From NCBI RefSeq assembly GCF_001194135.2, contig NC_069001.1:39483945-39547944 (forward strand): 64,000 nt of DNA, in the 5' to 3' direction. Under the pieces are notes generated by a model. The model was not told the origin of the DNA. It ran no database searches and saw only the letters and a list, made by a program, of their open reading frames with translations. Positions 35,150-48,930 of the stretch are shown here, in pieces. Numbering within the stretch: the first letter of the stretch is position 1; the number at the start of each line of letters is the position of its first letter. The position numbers and the translations under genes were made by a program. Source of the stretch: Octopus bimaculoides. Its lineage: Eukaryota.

Positions 35150-35660
35150 CGATATTCACATCTTTCGCTGAAATACAAGACGGAAACCAAAGATTACACA
35201 CATGCATGCATACAGCTGCAAATGCCGATTATGCTACACTTCTGTGAAGGATATCACACATACAATCTGGACCTGGGAGAGACATATCCCATCCCGCTTA
35301 GAACGTTATGCCTTCTTCGCTATCGCAAACAGTAGAAAAGTACTAAATATCTGCTCTACAAAAGCAGTAAGAAAGTACTCGGGTTTCACTCTGTGACAGA
35401 AATATCATTTGTGCCTTAACAATGTGGAAGATATCACCCATATTTATCTTTCCATGTGACATGATATTGTCGCTAAAGCTATGTACAATACCATAAAAAG
35501 AAGAGATGGTGACGATGGTCACAAGAAAGGTAAAGAATGTCTCCATAAATTAGAACAATGAGGAACCTTGACCAGATATTCCAATAAAAACAGCAAAACC
35601 CAGTGCATAAGAGACCAGTTGATGTTCTACAGGGACGGGAAACCAAACCATTGCCTTCTA
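35150..35660 (+). mobile_element. Highly decayed RLE-type LINE fragment (zinc-knuckle region)
   Basis: KCRLCYTSVKDITH (about 35220-35260), LCLNNVEDITHI..*HDIVAKAMYNTI (about 35408-35495) and PDIPIKTAKP resemble the knuckle, RHD and W(D/N)xPIKT motifs of RLE LINEs; several stops. Confidence 0.55.
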
Positions 35661-37813
35661 GAGATTTTTTTTCTCGAGGGAAGTGAATTTGGTGAAAAAG
35701 AACATTTTTGGTAAACTAAAGAAGAATTTACAGCTCTTTGATATACGTTCCTATTTATTTCTCTCATTCTGGACTCACGAAGCTCTGCAGCAACAGATTT
35801 AGAGAAGAACCTCGCAATAATGGAGCTTTTTCGGAAACAAAATCAAAAACTGTGTAACATTCAAATGTTTCACCATTTCGATTTCATGGCGTATACATGA
35901 ATGCAAGTCTATCTACACACACACACATATCTGCACATATGCAAATATATACACACACATACGGGCATTGTGTAAATATATTCACACATACCCTTTCATA
36001 CACACACACACACACACACGCACATTCACAAATCCTTGAAACTGATTTGATTCACCAGTTAACCCGAAAGTCCCTGCATAAAGATTAAACCCGCAAGTGA
36101 TCCCTCTAAACTTACAGGGGTCTGTTTATATATTTCTTTATCTGACATTAAGTTATCATTTCAAAATAAAATAAAAATCTTCAAGTCTTTCCAGAAAGTC
36201 TTTCCATAGTTACACTAGTGTATATTTCCAACACAATCTTTAATTATTAAGCTAAGACAACTTGAAGCGAGGGGGGAAAGAGAAAGCGAATTTGCACTTA
36301 CGAAGTATTAATGGCGAGGCTGGAGGATAACAAATACTTTCACGTGGCTGGAGAATTTATTTGCTTCAGTAAATTTTGAGATAAATGTAAATCAGTAGTG
36401 ATAGTTTGATGGCGGGGAAACACTTCTTAAAACCTGCTTCCTTGATAAATATTTAGATTTTCTCTGCTGTTACGACAAAACCAGATATTAACATTCTAAA
36501 TATACACATATATACCACTTTCTCTCTTCTATTCTGTTCCGATAAAGCGTTGTACTTTATCTCCCTATCATTTCCCATCAGCCACCAATTTGTGTGGCAG
36601 CCACTTTCCTAATTCAGACATTTACCAAAGTTGTTTTAAATATTGATGGGTGTTAGAGGAAGACAAATTGAGTTTTCTGCGGCAATCTTATAATCCTGCT
36701 GCTCAATTACTGTTAATATAAAGGTATTTATAACACTTCACTGAGTTACACCTGTAACTCTGTATTCGGTTAGTACATTTTCCGCTCTTAAAAGTTGTTT
36801 AATTATTACAAGGTAAGGATAAATTGTAACTTGTGAACATCCATCATTATTCACGCCAGTTTGTTAAACCAAGAAGCTCCTCTCCAGAAATTGATTTATC
36901 TGCTTTCCACCTAAAATAAATTTTCTGCCATATGGGTCAACAGAATGATGCAATATAATAAATATTTAGTCTTTATAATTAAAATCACATCTATTTGGTA
37001 CATTATTGACTGAAGTGTTTAGATTACAAAATAAATCATCCTCTATTATAGTAACTGTTTCGTGATTACCTCTTTCACGTAGCTCTAAATGAAATGATAC
37101 ATGTACGTTGCTTCCTCTTTTATACAATCACGATTTACAAATTCTTTCTTGTAAGTTATGGGGGGGGGGGACTTATCAGATTCTTTAACGAAATTGTATT
37201 TTAAATTGAAATATTCATTTGCATATCGTTATATTCTTTTCTCTTGTCATTAATGACGACGGGGGTGTTAAACTAAAACCATCGCCCAGTTTAATTTTCC
37301 CACCTGGCCCCGAGATACATTTAGCAGACTCCATTCTGTTGTCCCCCAGGTTAACACCACCACTTGGCCCTTGCGTACCTTTAGTAGAGTCCATCTGTAG
37401 AAAATATTCAAGACATGTCTTCGGTCCAAGAATAAATTTCTCCCTTATTTCCTAGTCCTTAACCCTAAAGAGAATTGAGGACGTTGCCTCTACTCCTCTG
37501 ATTAAATCATTCAACAAGAACAAAACAAAATTGCCAATCAACCTCTATCTTTGAACTATCTTTGCTACCAATATCGTTATTGTTTTACCCGCAACTCCAG
37601 GATCACTCTTCGTCTGTCTCCAACGTTTTCTTGGGGATGTCCCATTATCGTTGTTTGATGCTAAGTTTATCTTGATTCAGATCATGCGGACATGAGATCA
37701 CGGACGTCCCAGTTTTAGCCATTTTCTGGTGTCTTTACATCTATCGACATGAACATTGTTCCGTGAAACGTTCCGACTTTTGAAGACGATGTATGTGTTA
37801 TTGCGCGCGCGTA

Positions 37814-37849
<36 letters not shown>

Positions 37850-37859
37850 NNNNNNNNNN

Positions 37860-37901
<42 letters not shown>

Positions 37902-39441
37902 AATGAACATTCTGAAGATCTTTCTTTCCAAACACGTGAAATGCGAAATTATTGATTCCTCTCAAAGATTCACTTCCGTCACAATCATCTGAATGATATC
38001 TCATAAAAATCATATCGTTTCTGGAAAATATTCAATATATTTCTTTATCTCTCTATTATTGTATTCATATTTGTCAATTTATATTTTACTCTTACCTTAG
38101 AAATATACTTTTTTTTCTACAATGTATTGTGTAATGTTTCGTTTCAAATATTTTGTGTTGTTCTGCCTCTCTCTCTTTCCTTCTCTCTCTCTCTCTCCCT
38201 TTCTCTCTTTCTAATATGTTTCTGTTTAACTTATCTAATGAGATATTGATATTCTTTAATGACATATCAATTGTTTTATCAATAGTCACCATGATATGCA
38301 TACGTTTGTCTTTTATTCAAGAACGAGGTCCTGTTTCAGTATTTCCTTCACGAAACAGAACTTTATCAAAACGCAATGAATAGATAATGTTTGAATTGTT
38401 AAACCTATCAGGACTTCAAAATGTCTTGGAGACGGTAGAAATACCGTTCGAGCAGTTGACAGTGAAGTGGGGGTGGGGTGGTAATGATGGTAGTGTTTGT
38501 GCTTCGCTTTAAGGTCGAAGCCTTTGCGACGATATCGCTGTTGCAGGTGGTGGTGATGGCGGTGTTAGCGTTCACGCGTACACCTGCACCTGTTTGTGTC
38601 ATACTTCTCGCCTTCTTCCTTCCTTCGTGGAGCTGTGGTGAAGGGAGGGTAAAGAAATCAAACGTCGAAAGAGAGTTGCCATAGAGACCGGCGTTCGTCA
38701 CGAGATCGTCTGCATGGCTTGAAGACGCCGTCTTAAAAAAAAATATGGCTAAGGAAGCCGAAAACCATTTTACAAAATGGGGAAATACGCCACACATGGC
38801 AGATTTCCCGTGCAAACAAATTGCACAAACGAATGCATCAGATGTTGAACAACTGTTACATAAAAAAATATTATCCGAAAACAACTTTTAACAGGCAAAC
38901 TTAGACGGAATCGATGTGTCTATCGCCCGTCCATAAAGACAGACAGATAAAACTTAGATAAAAACTTAGATATGTTTCGACCAAAGATTGGTCCAGGCCA
39001 TGTCTAGCTTAATAGCACCACCTGATAGGCAGGCAGACAGATAGGCAGGCAGGCAGGCAGGTAGGTAAAATAGATAGACAGGCAGGCAGACAGACAGATA
39101 TACACACCCGCGCGCATGCAGAAACAGATATATATATATATATAAAATTTATTAATGAGGGTAGAAATTGATATTAATCAATTAAAACCAGTGGTCTAGC
39201 ATATTTAAAAAATCCGAAGATTAAAATTATATTACATACAAAAATAAGAGGAATGACCAGCAAATGTGGACTCCTATATGCTAGAAATAGATGCCGAATC
39301 ATCTAACCACGAAAAAAATATGTTGTCAGTAAAAAATCTTAGCGACACAACAGTCTGTTGTGTCGCTAAAATTTTTTATATATATATATTCACACACATG
39401 CGCATATACAACACTTATGCAGACATACGTAAATATATTCT

Positions 39442-39506
<65 letters not shown>

Positions 39507-39586
39507 GTACATACATACATANNNNNNNNNNNNNNNNNNNNNNNNNTATATATATATATATATATAGGTGTGTACATATACATATA

Positions 39587-39620
<34 letters not shown>

Positions 39621-39969
39621 GGTGTGTACATATACATATATGTGTGTGTGTGTATATATATATATATAGGTGTGTACATATACATATATATCTATCTATA
39701 TATACATATATACACATACATCTACATACATAGCATACATATATGCACACATACACATCCAGACAAAAATAGATAGACAGAGAAAGAGTGAGAGAGAGAG
39801 AGATGGGGGAGGGGGAGAAGCACTCGTGTTTAACCTTCCGCGAGATGTATTGAGGCAGAAATGAAGAGTAACTCTAATAGAGAGAGGCAGAGATTGACCT
39901 TTAAATGACGATTTCATAGAACCAATGTAAACGTTTCTCCTTTGTTTATAGAATTGAGTGTCTCTGGTT

Positions 39970-40180
39970 TTGCGATTGTGATCCTTGTTGCTGTGGTGGT
40001 GGTGGTCGTCTTTATTGTTGTTGTTGATGATGTTACAACAGTTGTTGTTCTTATCGAAGTTGTTTCTGCTGCGGTTTGGTTTTACTGTTGCTGTTGTTGT
40101 TGTCGATGTGATTATTGTTGTTACTGCTTTGCTTATTATTATTGTTGAAGTTCTTGTTGTTGCGGTTGCACATGTTGTTT
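39970..40180. repeat. Degenerate (GTT/ATT)n tract
   Basis: Directly visible; a similar tract lies at 48015-48135 and 48415-48560. Confidence 0.85.
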
Positions 40181-40720
40181 ATCCCCAAATCAGCCTTAAT
40201 TGAACAGAGATCGGTGACATGGCATTGTCTCAGATGATTTAGTAAATAGAGGGAGAACACTCTACTCTTTCTAGGAATTCCAGCGACCACCTTTATGCTC
40301 TCCGCCGTCGGTTCTTCTCTATTGCGTTGTCGTTCTGTCTCTAATTCCATATCGGACTGTTTTACTGTGTTTGGAGAATTTGTTAAAGGTACATTCTGCA
40401 CTAAACACATATAGTTAAGTGTAGGCTAATTCTCTTAAAGCGAGCAGTGGAAGAAAAAATTTCATCGATTGAAATTATAACCGTAATTAGAAGAAATCAA
40501 AAATTTTAATGAAATCTATCTCAATAGAGGTATTCTCTATTGTAATCATTAGAACTTAACCACATCTGCAGGTTTGGAATGAATTTCTCTCACTCATTTT
40601 GGAAAACCTGAAAATGTATCATGTGATTTCTGGCCCTTCTACTTTCAGCATGCTTTACCAAAAGTAAGTAAAGTAAAGAATAAAGGAAAGATGTTTCGCT
40701 CTTTATGCAAACAAAACAAA

Positions 40721-40761
<41 letters not shown>

Positions 40762-41675
40762 ATGTATACATATATATATATATACACACACACATATTTG
40801 TATGTATACATATATATACACACATATATGTATGTGTATGTATGTGTGTGTGTATGTATATATATATATATATANNNNNNNNNNNNNNNNNNNNNNNNNN
40901 NNNNNNNNNNNNNNNNNNNNNNNNNNNNNNNNNNNNNNNNNNNNNNNNNNNNNNNNNNNNNNNNNNNNNNNNNNNNNNNNNNNNNNNNNNNNNNNNNNNN
41001 NNNNNNNNNNNNNNNNNNNNNNNNNNNNNNNNNNNNNNNNNNNNNNNNNNNNNNNNNNNNNNNNNNNNNNNNNNNNNNNNNNNNNNNNNNNNNNNNNNNN
41101 NNNNNNNNNNNNNNNNNNNNNNNNNNNNNNNNNNNNNNNNNNNNNNNNNNNNNNNNNNNNNNNNNNNNNNNNNNNNNNNNNNNNNNNNNNNNNNNNNNNN
41201 NNNNNNNNNNNNNNNNNNNNNNNNNNNNNNNNNNNNNNNNNNNNNNNNNNNNNNNNNNNNNNNNNNNNNNNNNNNNNNNNNNNNNNNNNNNNNNNNNNNN
41301 NNNNNNNNNNNNNNNNNNNNNNNNNNNNNNNNNNNNNNNNNNNNNNNNNNNNNNNNNNNNNNNNNNNNNNNNNNNNNNNNNNNNNNNNNNNNNNNNNNNN
41401 NNNNNNNNNAAACAATTACATTAGATTTAATCATAGTGTGTGTGTGTATGTGTGTATGAGTGTGTGTGTGTGTGTGTGTATAAATATACATATGTGCACT
41501 CACATATATGCACATAGGTATTATTATGTATGTACATTTATATCATATATTCATGCATATTCAATAAAGTGTGTGTGTGTGTGTGTGTGTAGCGTGCGTG
41601 TATACCCGCGCATGTGTGTGTTAATTCCTAAATTTAGGGCTTTCTGTTTACACACCAATTAATTTTGTGTGTGTG

Positions 41676-42041
41676 TTCTTTTATTCTTTTACTTGTTTTA
41701 GTCATTTGATACGGCCATGCTGGATCACTGCCAGGACTTATTCTTTGTAAGCCTAGTACTTATTCAATCGATAACTTTTGCCGAACCTCTAAGTTACGGG
41801 GACATCAACACACCAGCATCGGTTGTCAAGCGATGGCAGGGGATGGACAAACAGACACAAAGACACATACATACATAAATATATATACATATGTATGTAT
41901 ACGACGGGCTTCTTTCAGTTTCTGTCTACCAAATCTACTTACAAGGCTTTGGTCGGCCCGAGGCTATAGTAGAAGACACTTGACCGAGATGCCACGCAGT
42001 GGGATTGAACCCGGAACCAAGCTTCTTACCACACAGCCACG
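41676..42041 (-). mobile_element. SINE family B
   Basis: Closely similar to 62704-63106 (gacgggcttctttcagtttc...ggtcggcccgaggctatagtagaagacac). Confidence 0.9.
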
Positions 42042-42695
42042 CTGTAATATTATTTCATCGAGCTCTTGGCGAACTCTGGCCTCGGCATTGGTTCCAAGTT
42101 TACAGCCGGCCAATGATATCATTTCGGATCTCTGGTTTTTCATCTAACAGAAAAATGACAAGTGTCCCGCCCCCTACTCACTCTCTCTCTCTCNNNNNNN
42201 NNNNNNNNNNNNNNNNNNNNNNNNNNNNNNNNNNNNNNNNNNNNNNNNNNNNNNNNNNNNNNNNNNNNNNNNNNNNNNNNNNNNNNNNNNNNNNNNNNNN
42301 NNNNNNNNNNNNNNNNNNNNNNNNNNNNNNNNNNNNNNNNNNNNNNNNNNNNNNNNNNNNNNNNNNNNNNNNNNNNNNNNNNNNNNNNNNNNNNNNNNNN
42401 NNNNNNNNNNNNNNNNNNNNNNNNNNNNNNNNNNNNNNNNNNNNNNNNNNNNNNNNNNNNNNNNNNNNNNNNNNNNNNNNNNNNNNNNNNNNNNNNNNNN
42501 NNNNNNNNNNNNNNNNNNNNNNNNNNNNNNNNNNNNNNNNNNNNNNNNNNNNNNNNNNNNNNNNNNNNNNNNNNNNNNNNNNNNNNNNNNNNNNNNNNNN
42601 NNNNNNNNNNNNNNNNNNNNNNNNNNNNNNNNNNNNNNNNNNNNNNNNNNNNNNNNNNNNNNNNNNNNNNNNNNNNNNNNNNNNNTCTCTCTCTC

Positions 42696-42745
<50 letters not shown>

Positions 42746-43406
42746 TCACATGCTGACAGTCCCTAAAGCTCATATTTGTGTCTTCTTGGCATACAAACTT
42801 CCGATATTTTCTCAACCCTTTCATGGGGAATCGAAATCTGGGATTGTCGTTTGCATGACTAAAAGAAAAAAATGTTGGAATTAGTATGACCATAAATCGC
42901 AAGAAATTTCTGACAGGAATCACCGTGTTGTTGTCGTCTGTGACTCCCATTTAATAATAACAAAAGTTCATGGAGACATCTCTAACCGCTGACATATTGT
43001 AGATTACTCGATTCTTCGAGCAGCCTCACCCAACGCTCTTCTCTCCGCCTTGTCAACAACATTCATGCATCCTACACAATGGCGACGTCTTTTCATTGCA
43101 TGACTGAGAAATTTAAATCCAAACAGTACACATCTCTCTTTCTTTCTGTTCTCATAAAGGAATCGATAATGAAAGACGTGTCGCCGCCACAGTCTGTCTC
43201 AATCACTTGATATTATTGATTAAGTTTCACTTCATTCCAGTTGATCAAACTGTCCTCCAGTGTCATTTCAGGATCAACCACTGAGTAGTCATCACTTCAA
43301 TTCAATATCATCCTCTCCCTTCCTTTCTCTCCTCTTCTCTCTCCCCCTATCCCTTCCTCTTCCCCTCTCTGACTCTTGCCTCTTAGCGCGCATCCCTTAC
43401 TGTCTC

Positions 43407-43452
<46 letters not shown>

Positions 43453-43641
43453 NNNNNNNNNNNNNNNNNNNNNNNNNNNNNNNNNNNNNNNNNNNNNNNN
43501 NNNNNNNNNNNNNNNNNNNNNNNNNNNNNNNNNNNNNNNNNNNNNNNNNNNNNNNNNNNNNNNNNNNNNNNNNNNNNNNNNNNNNNNNNNNNNNNNNNNN
43601 NNNNNNNNNNNNNNNNNNNNNNNNNNNNNNNNNNNNNNNNN

Positions 43642-43688
<47 letters not shown>

Positions 43689-44600
43689 TCTCTTTCATGC
43701 GATGATATTATTGTTGTTCGAACAGCCGATCATCTTCTATTCAATATCATTTAACATTGATCTCAGCTAACAATTGTTTTCTCAGTGACCCAGCCTGTTT
43801 CATTAGAAACTCTTCCCTGTCCAAAGCTACAGATAAGGTTTCCATCCTATTTTACATGAGAGGAGGGAGAGCAATATTCATGACACTTTTCGAGTGCTTC
43901 CCACCTGATGAAAGGAAAGGTGAAATTATCCCCAAAGATAATTTCAATTGTTAAACGGTCACCTCTGACCCAGAAGACCAAACATCTAAGACAATCTATC
44001 CATGACCACCCGTATTTGTAGTGTATGCGTGACTAAATGACTCAATTCGTCCTTCCTTTTCAAAACAGTGATGATTTTGTTTGTGGCAGTGAGGGTGGGG
44101 GGAGAGATTTAGCTGCTATTTTTAGCGTTTGAACTTCGTTTTTTCGATAAAGCAGTCGTTGTTGATGTTAAATTTCCAATAAACCAATCAATCAATAAAA
44201 GCGAATATATTCTTCGATTGAACTAATCGATCTTATTACACTGTCGTAGACACTCTCCCAATGGCTGACGTGTATTTTAGGACTCTTGTGTTACTCCTTC
44301 TAGCAACACGCCAGTGAGTATCAGTTAAAACTCTCCACAGCATCAGAGACGCAGTAGTTCAGGAAGACATCTCATTCTTCGCTTAATGCAAAAGAAACCA
44401 CGTGTCAATAGTGCCGTCCCCTGGAGAGACGGTCTCTATTGTTCAAGACACAAAACCTACACTTCTTCACAAACTGTTGCAGATTCTGAATGAGTTTAAT
44501 AAGAAATAAAGATCCGTTCACGTGAAAAGCTTGACGGAAAAGCTTTAAAAAATATTTAGCTAACTTCATGTTTTCAACATCATTTCCAAGAATTTTTCTT

Positions 44601-44638
<38 letters not shown>

Positions 44639-44859
44639 CCGTGTGTATGTGCATTTGTGTGCATTTTCAGTAGATGGTTTGTGTTGCAATATTAATCAAT
44701 GCAGGCGTATAAACAATCGATAGTGATGTAGTGATGTGTAAAGAATCCCAGAGAAGAGAAAAGCACCACGAATTGCTAAGTTTTTGTATCAGTCGAATTA
44801 TATTATGAGACAGAACGTACACACACCAACGCACGCGCGTACGTATATGTGTAGATAGT

Positions 44860-44893
<34 letters not shown>

Positions 44894-45081
44894 CGTACAT
44901 ATGTATAGACATGCATAAATGTATCAATATAAAGTATACATGCTTGTGTGTGTGTATATCTACTTACAGAGAAGTCCATTTGAGTGAATTTCTTGTAAGC
45001 TTATATCAGACAAAGGCAAGATGTGACTGGGCGATGTTCCAACCTGTGGTAGAGGTGGCCAACCAATAGAATGCTGTTGTC

Positions 45082-45120
<39 letters not shown>

Positions 45121-45764
45121 TGCAACTGACATTGGAGAAAAGAACTCTACAGCAGAATGTTCTAGAGGTCTTATAGCAGGTCCACAACTGCTAACGATCT
45201 GTATGGTGCCACCGGAGAAGAGCCAATTCTCCCTCCCCCCTCTCTCCNNNNNNNNNNNNNNNNNNNNNNNNNNNNNNNNNNNNNNNNNNNNNNNNNNNNN
45301 NNNNNNNNNNNNNNNNNNNNNNNNNNNNNNNNNNNNNNNNNNNNNNNNNNNNNNNNNNNNNNNNNNNNNNNNNNNNNNNNNNNNNNNNNNNNNNNNNNNN
45401 NNNNNNNNNNNNNNNNNNNNNNNNNNNNNNNNNNNNNNNNNNNNNNNNNNNNNNNNNNNNNNNNNNNNNNNNNNNNNNNNNNNNNNNNNNNNNNNNNNNN
45501 NNNNNNNNNNNNNNNNNNNNNNNNNNNNNNNNNNNNNNNNNNNNNNNNNNNNNNNNCCCCCTCTCTCTATTGTTTGTTGGCGCTCATATTCTATCACTAG
45601 ATTCTCTGTAGTCACACAGACACACGTATATATTCACGCATGTGTGTGTATAACATTTTTTAAAAAAATCACCTGTATTATGTAATCCTTTCAAATATAT
45701 ATATCTTCCCCCGCAGTTTCCATCTACCAAATTTCCATTGTCAATAATGATAGAAAACGTAAAA

Positions 45765-45842
45765 GACACTCGTCCCGCGCTGTGGGATCGAACCGAAAAC
45801 ACCGTAGTTGCGGGAATGAACTTCTTAACTACACGGCCATGT
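45765..45842 (-). mobile_element. SINE family B head fragment
   Basis: ccgcgctgtgggatcgaaccgaaaacacc...gaacttcttaactacacggccatg. Confidence 0.65.
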
Positions 45843-48779
45843 CAACAGCTATGTAAGATGGCAGAAGAAGTCAGCTAACAGAGACGATTAAGACAGCAAA
45901 TCTGATAAAATATATTATAATGTCGAGTTCCTTCTCTCCAGGTTCCATGTTCCAATAAGGCTGTGGTCGATTATTTCTTCTCTTTAATGGTCTTGTCATT
46001 CAGCCCCGAGTCATTCCCTTATCTTTTCCGACATAATGTACCCGTAACAATATTATCCGGTGCGTGCTATTATAAATACACACGTATTTGTTTCGAGAAA
46101 GATTTGGCTTCCATTTTTAGCAAATCAAACAGGCACTTTGTGACTCGGTAATGCCACCTTTTTTTTTTTTTTTTTTTTTTCAGCGTTGAGTGGATAAGCA
46201 AGGTAGGAATTGATAAGGTAGATTCATTGGAGTGGATGCTTGACAATTAGTGACATTGTTGAAATATGGTAATAGTAGAGAAATATATTAGAACGTGTAC
46301 GATGGCATTTGAAGCCAATATTTATATGAAAACTAAATCAAAGTTCTTGAGAGTATGGCAGACCGAAGATATTTTTATTCATGAAGTTGTTTTGTGATTT
46401 GCTAATTTTTAATGTTGCTCCATTCTCAGTTTTTCTGATATTTTTTTCAAATCTCTTAAACCTTTTTACCTGATAGTGTAAAGACGAAAAATGATGATAT
46501 TTTATTTTCTTCCGTGATTCTTCTTTATATTTATTTATTTATTCTTATTAATATTTTCCCCTGTTTTACTCGCAAGATACAAAACTGAACGCATTTTCCT
46601 TTTTTTTTTTTTTAAAGATTTTATCTGAATCACATCTAGAAAATTATAACATTTTTCTTTCTTTTATTCATTTATTTTTTCTTGTTCAAAAATTAATAAC
46701 TCGATCGCAAATTATAAGAGAAAATTATCACTTTAACTCCTCCAATACTGCAGAGCAATTGTCATTTATAGGTTTTCTTCTAATTTTTTCCCCGTTTACT
46801 GCATCATGTCCCCGTTTATCATACATACAGCTAAAAATTACATCTGTGGCGCCGTAATGGGAGGCAAAGATATATAATCTCCACAACACATTCTCTCTAA
46901 TGGACATTAGTTTCACAAATGTCTTTCCCACTACAAATTGTTTAGTTAAATACAGCCAACGACTAAAACCAATGTCAAACTGACTTTTTTTCCTCAATAA
47001 TTTAGCTAATGCAGAAAGGGCAACACCCAAGACCCTTTTTAGGGGCCTACGACGCTAAGAATTTACCCTGCATGGAGTTTTGGTTTGAATAGACGCCGTT
47101 AAACACCTCCAATGACCAGATGATGTTGTAGGGCTGAGAGAAAAAGAAAAACTGAATTATTTAAAATTTTAAATTATTTAAAAATTATTTTTACAGTATA
47201 TCCACGTTAAGTAAGATTAATTATTTAAAATTTTAAAAAACTGAATTATTAAAAAAAAAAAAAACTTTTAGTGCATACTTGAACAAGTCTCTTAACTCTC
47301 CTCACATATAATTGAATTCCAAATGGAAAAGACCAGATGGATGGATGGATGAATTCTGGTGCTTTCATTTTTAGAAAACATTTCGTCGTCAAATTAAATA
47401 TTTTTCTCCCGACATGCTTTGTTTGAATAAATCTAAAGATCGGAAACAAATTAGCAAGTGTAATCCTTGTTGTAATAAATGCAACAGAGATAAAACCCTG
47501 ATTAGTTTTTAACGAGATTAATCAGTTAATTTAATATTCGTTTCGTAGAAATGAATGAAATACGTTTCATGTACGACAACGTCTCTTAGCAATGCCGCCG
47601 TATGTTGAAACGAACGAGTCTGTCGTATTTGTCGATGCTTTCGAATGTTGCCAATAATGTCACACCTGCCGATTGCTTCATGCATTCTTTATTAATTTCT
47701 CTGCAATATTTTCGTCGCATCCTCTTTGACCTTATCAAATGAAGCTTTCTATTACAACTAACGTGTCTCTTCTCTGTTGTATATTAACAGCTATTGTCAA
47801 GTGTCTATGTGTGTGTGTTACTATATCATTTTCTGTATGTGTGTGAATGTATACATTCGTGTGTGTTTGTGTGTGTGTTTTATATTTCCTCGTCATTTTC
47901 ACCGAATCTCACAGAAATTCGCGGAAACAATGGCATGACGTCATGACTGCAGATCAAAGTTAATATCAAAGTTGAATCTGGAGAAATGCATTGATAGAGT
48001 TTAGAATATAACATACATGTTGTTGTTGTTGTTGTTGAACTATTTATTGTTGTTGTTGGTGGTGGTGGTGGGGACGGTGGTGATGAGCTGTTTATTGTTG
48101 TTCTGTTGTTATTGTCGCTGTTGTTGCAGTTACTGTTGTATGTCAAAGATAATGTTATCGACAGAAGAAAAACAAAAAGCAATAAAAAAAAATCAGCCAA
48201 TAAAGATAAGTGTATAAGTCGATCACTTGAACTCATCGATCTTATTTCAATATCATCAAAATCAAATAGGAATGCGATCTGTTAAAAATATCGATTTCTT
48301 TACATTGGTGGACAGAGAGACAGGAGTAGAATTGAGTCACCCCCCTCCCCCAATCAATCTATTGTCAACGTGATTGCCTCTTAATCCCAGTAGAAACCAG
48401 TTCAATAATTAGATTATTTTTGTTGTTGCTGTTGTTGTTGTTAACATTACTCTTGTTTTCCCTGTCGTCATTTTTATTGGTTTTTGTGGTTGTTTTAGGT
48501 TTTGGTCTTTCACCGATCGTTGTTCTTGCTTTTGCTGTTGTCACGTTTGACGTTTGTTGCGGTTTGGTTTTTATAACACCAGGAGACACCGAAGCCCCGA
48601 TCCTTTTCAATTGGTCTGAAACTGGAAGTTATTCTCAGACCACGGATCTGATTTAAATACTGTTGACAGACTGGACATTCCTAACTCCTCAGCTAAAGAC
48701 CACCCATAAGGGCCAGGGTGTGGCACGAATGTGGATGACGGATTAAATTTACCAACCTAAACAACAACTACCCCCTCCA

Positions 48780-48930
48780 CCTTCACTGGGCTTCTACACA
48801 GTTTCTGGCAACCAAATTTCACTGATAAATCTTTGGTCAACCCCAAACAGTGGTTGAAGACGGACAATTTGCCGCGCAGTGAGAATGAATCTTAAACCAC
48901 GTACTTGTGAAACAAACTTATTGACCGCTC
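48780..48930 (-). mobile_element. SINE family B, 5' half, diverged
   Basis: gggcttctacacagtttc...ccaaatttcactgataaatctttggtcaacc...gccgcgcagtgagaatgaa. Confidence 0.65.

Noticed and set aside
38978-39006. gaccaa/ttggtc hairpin 10 nt before CTAG (Helitron-like 3' end)
   Set aside because: CTAG is followed by C rather than T, and I found no 5' TC end or second copy.
43906-43947. CTGATGA...GAAA with a gaaattatc/gataatttc stem (hammerhead-like)
   Set aside because: Stem II and stem I cannot form.
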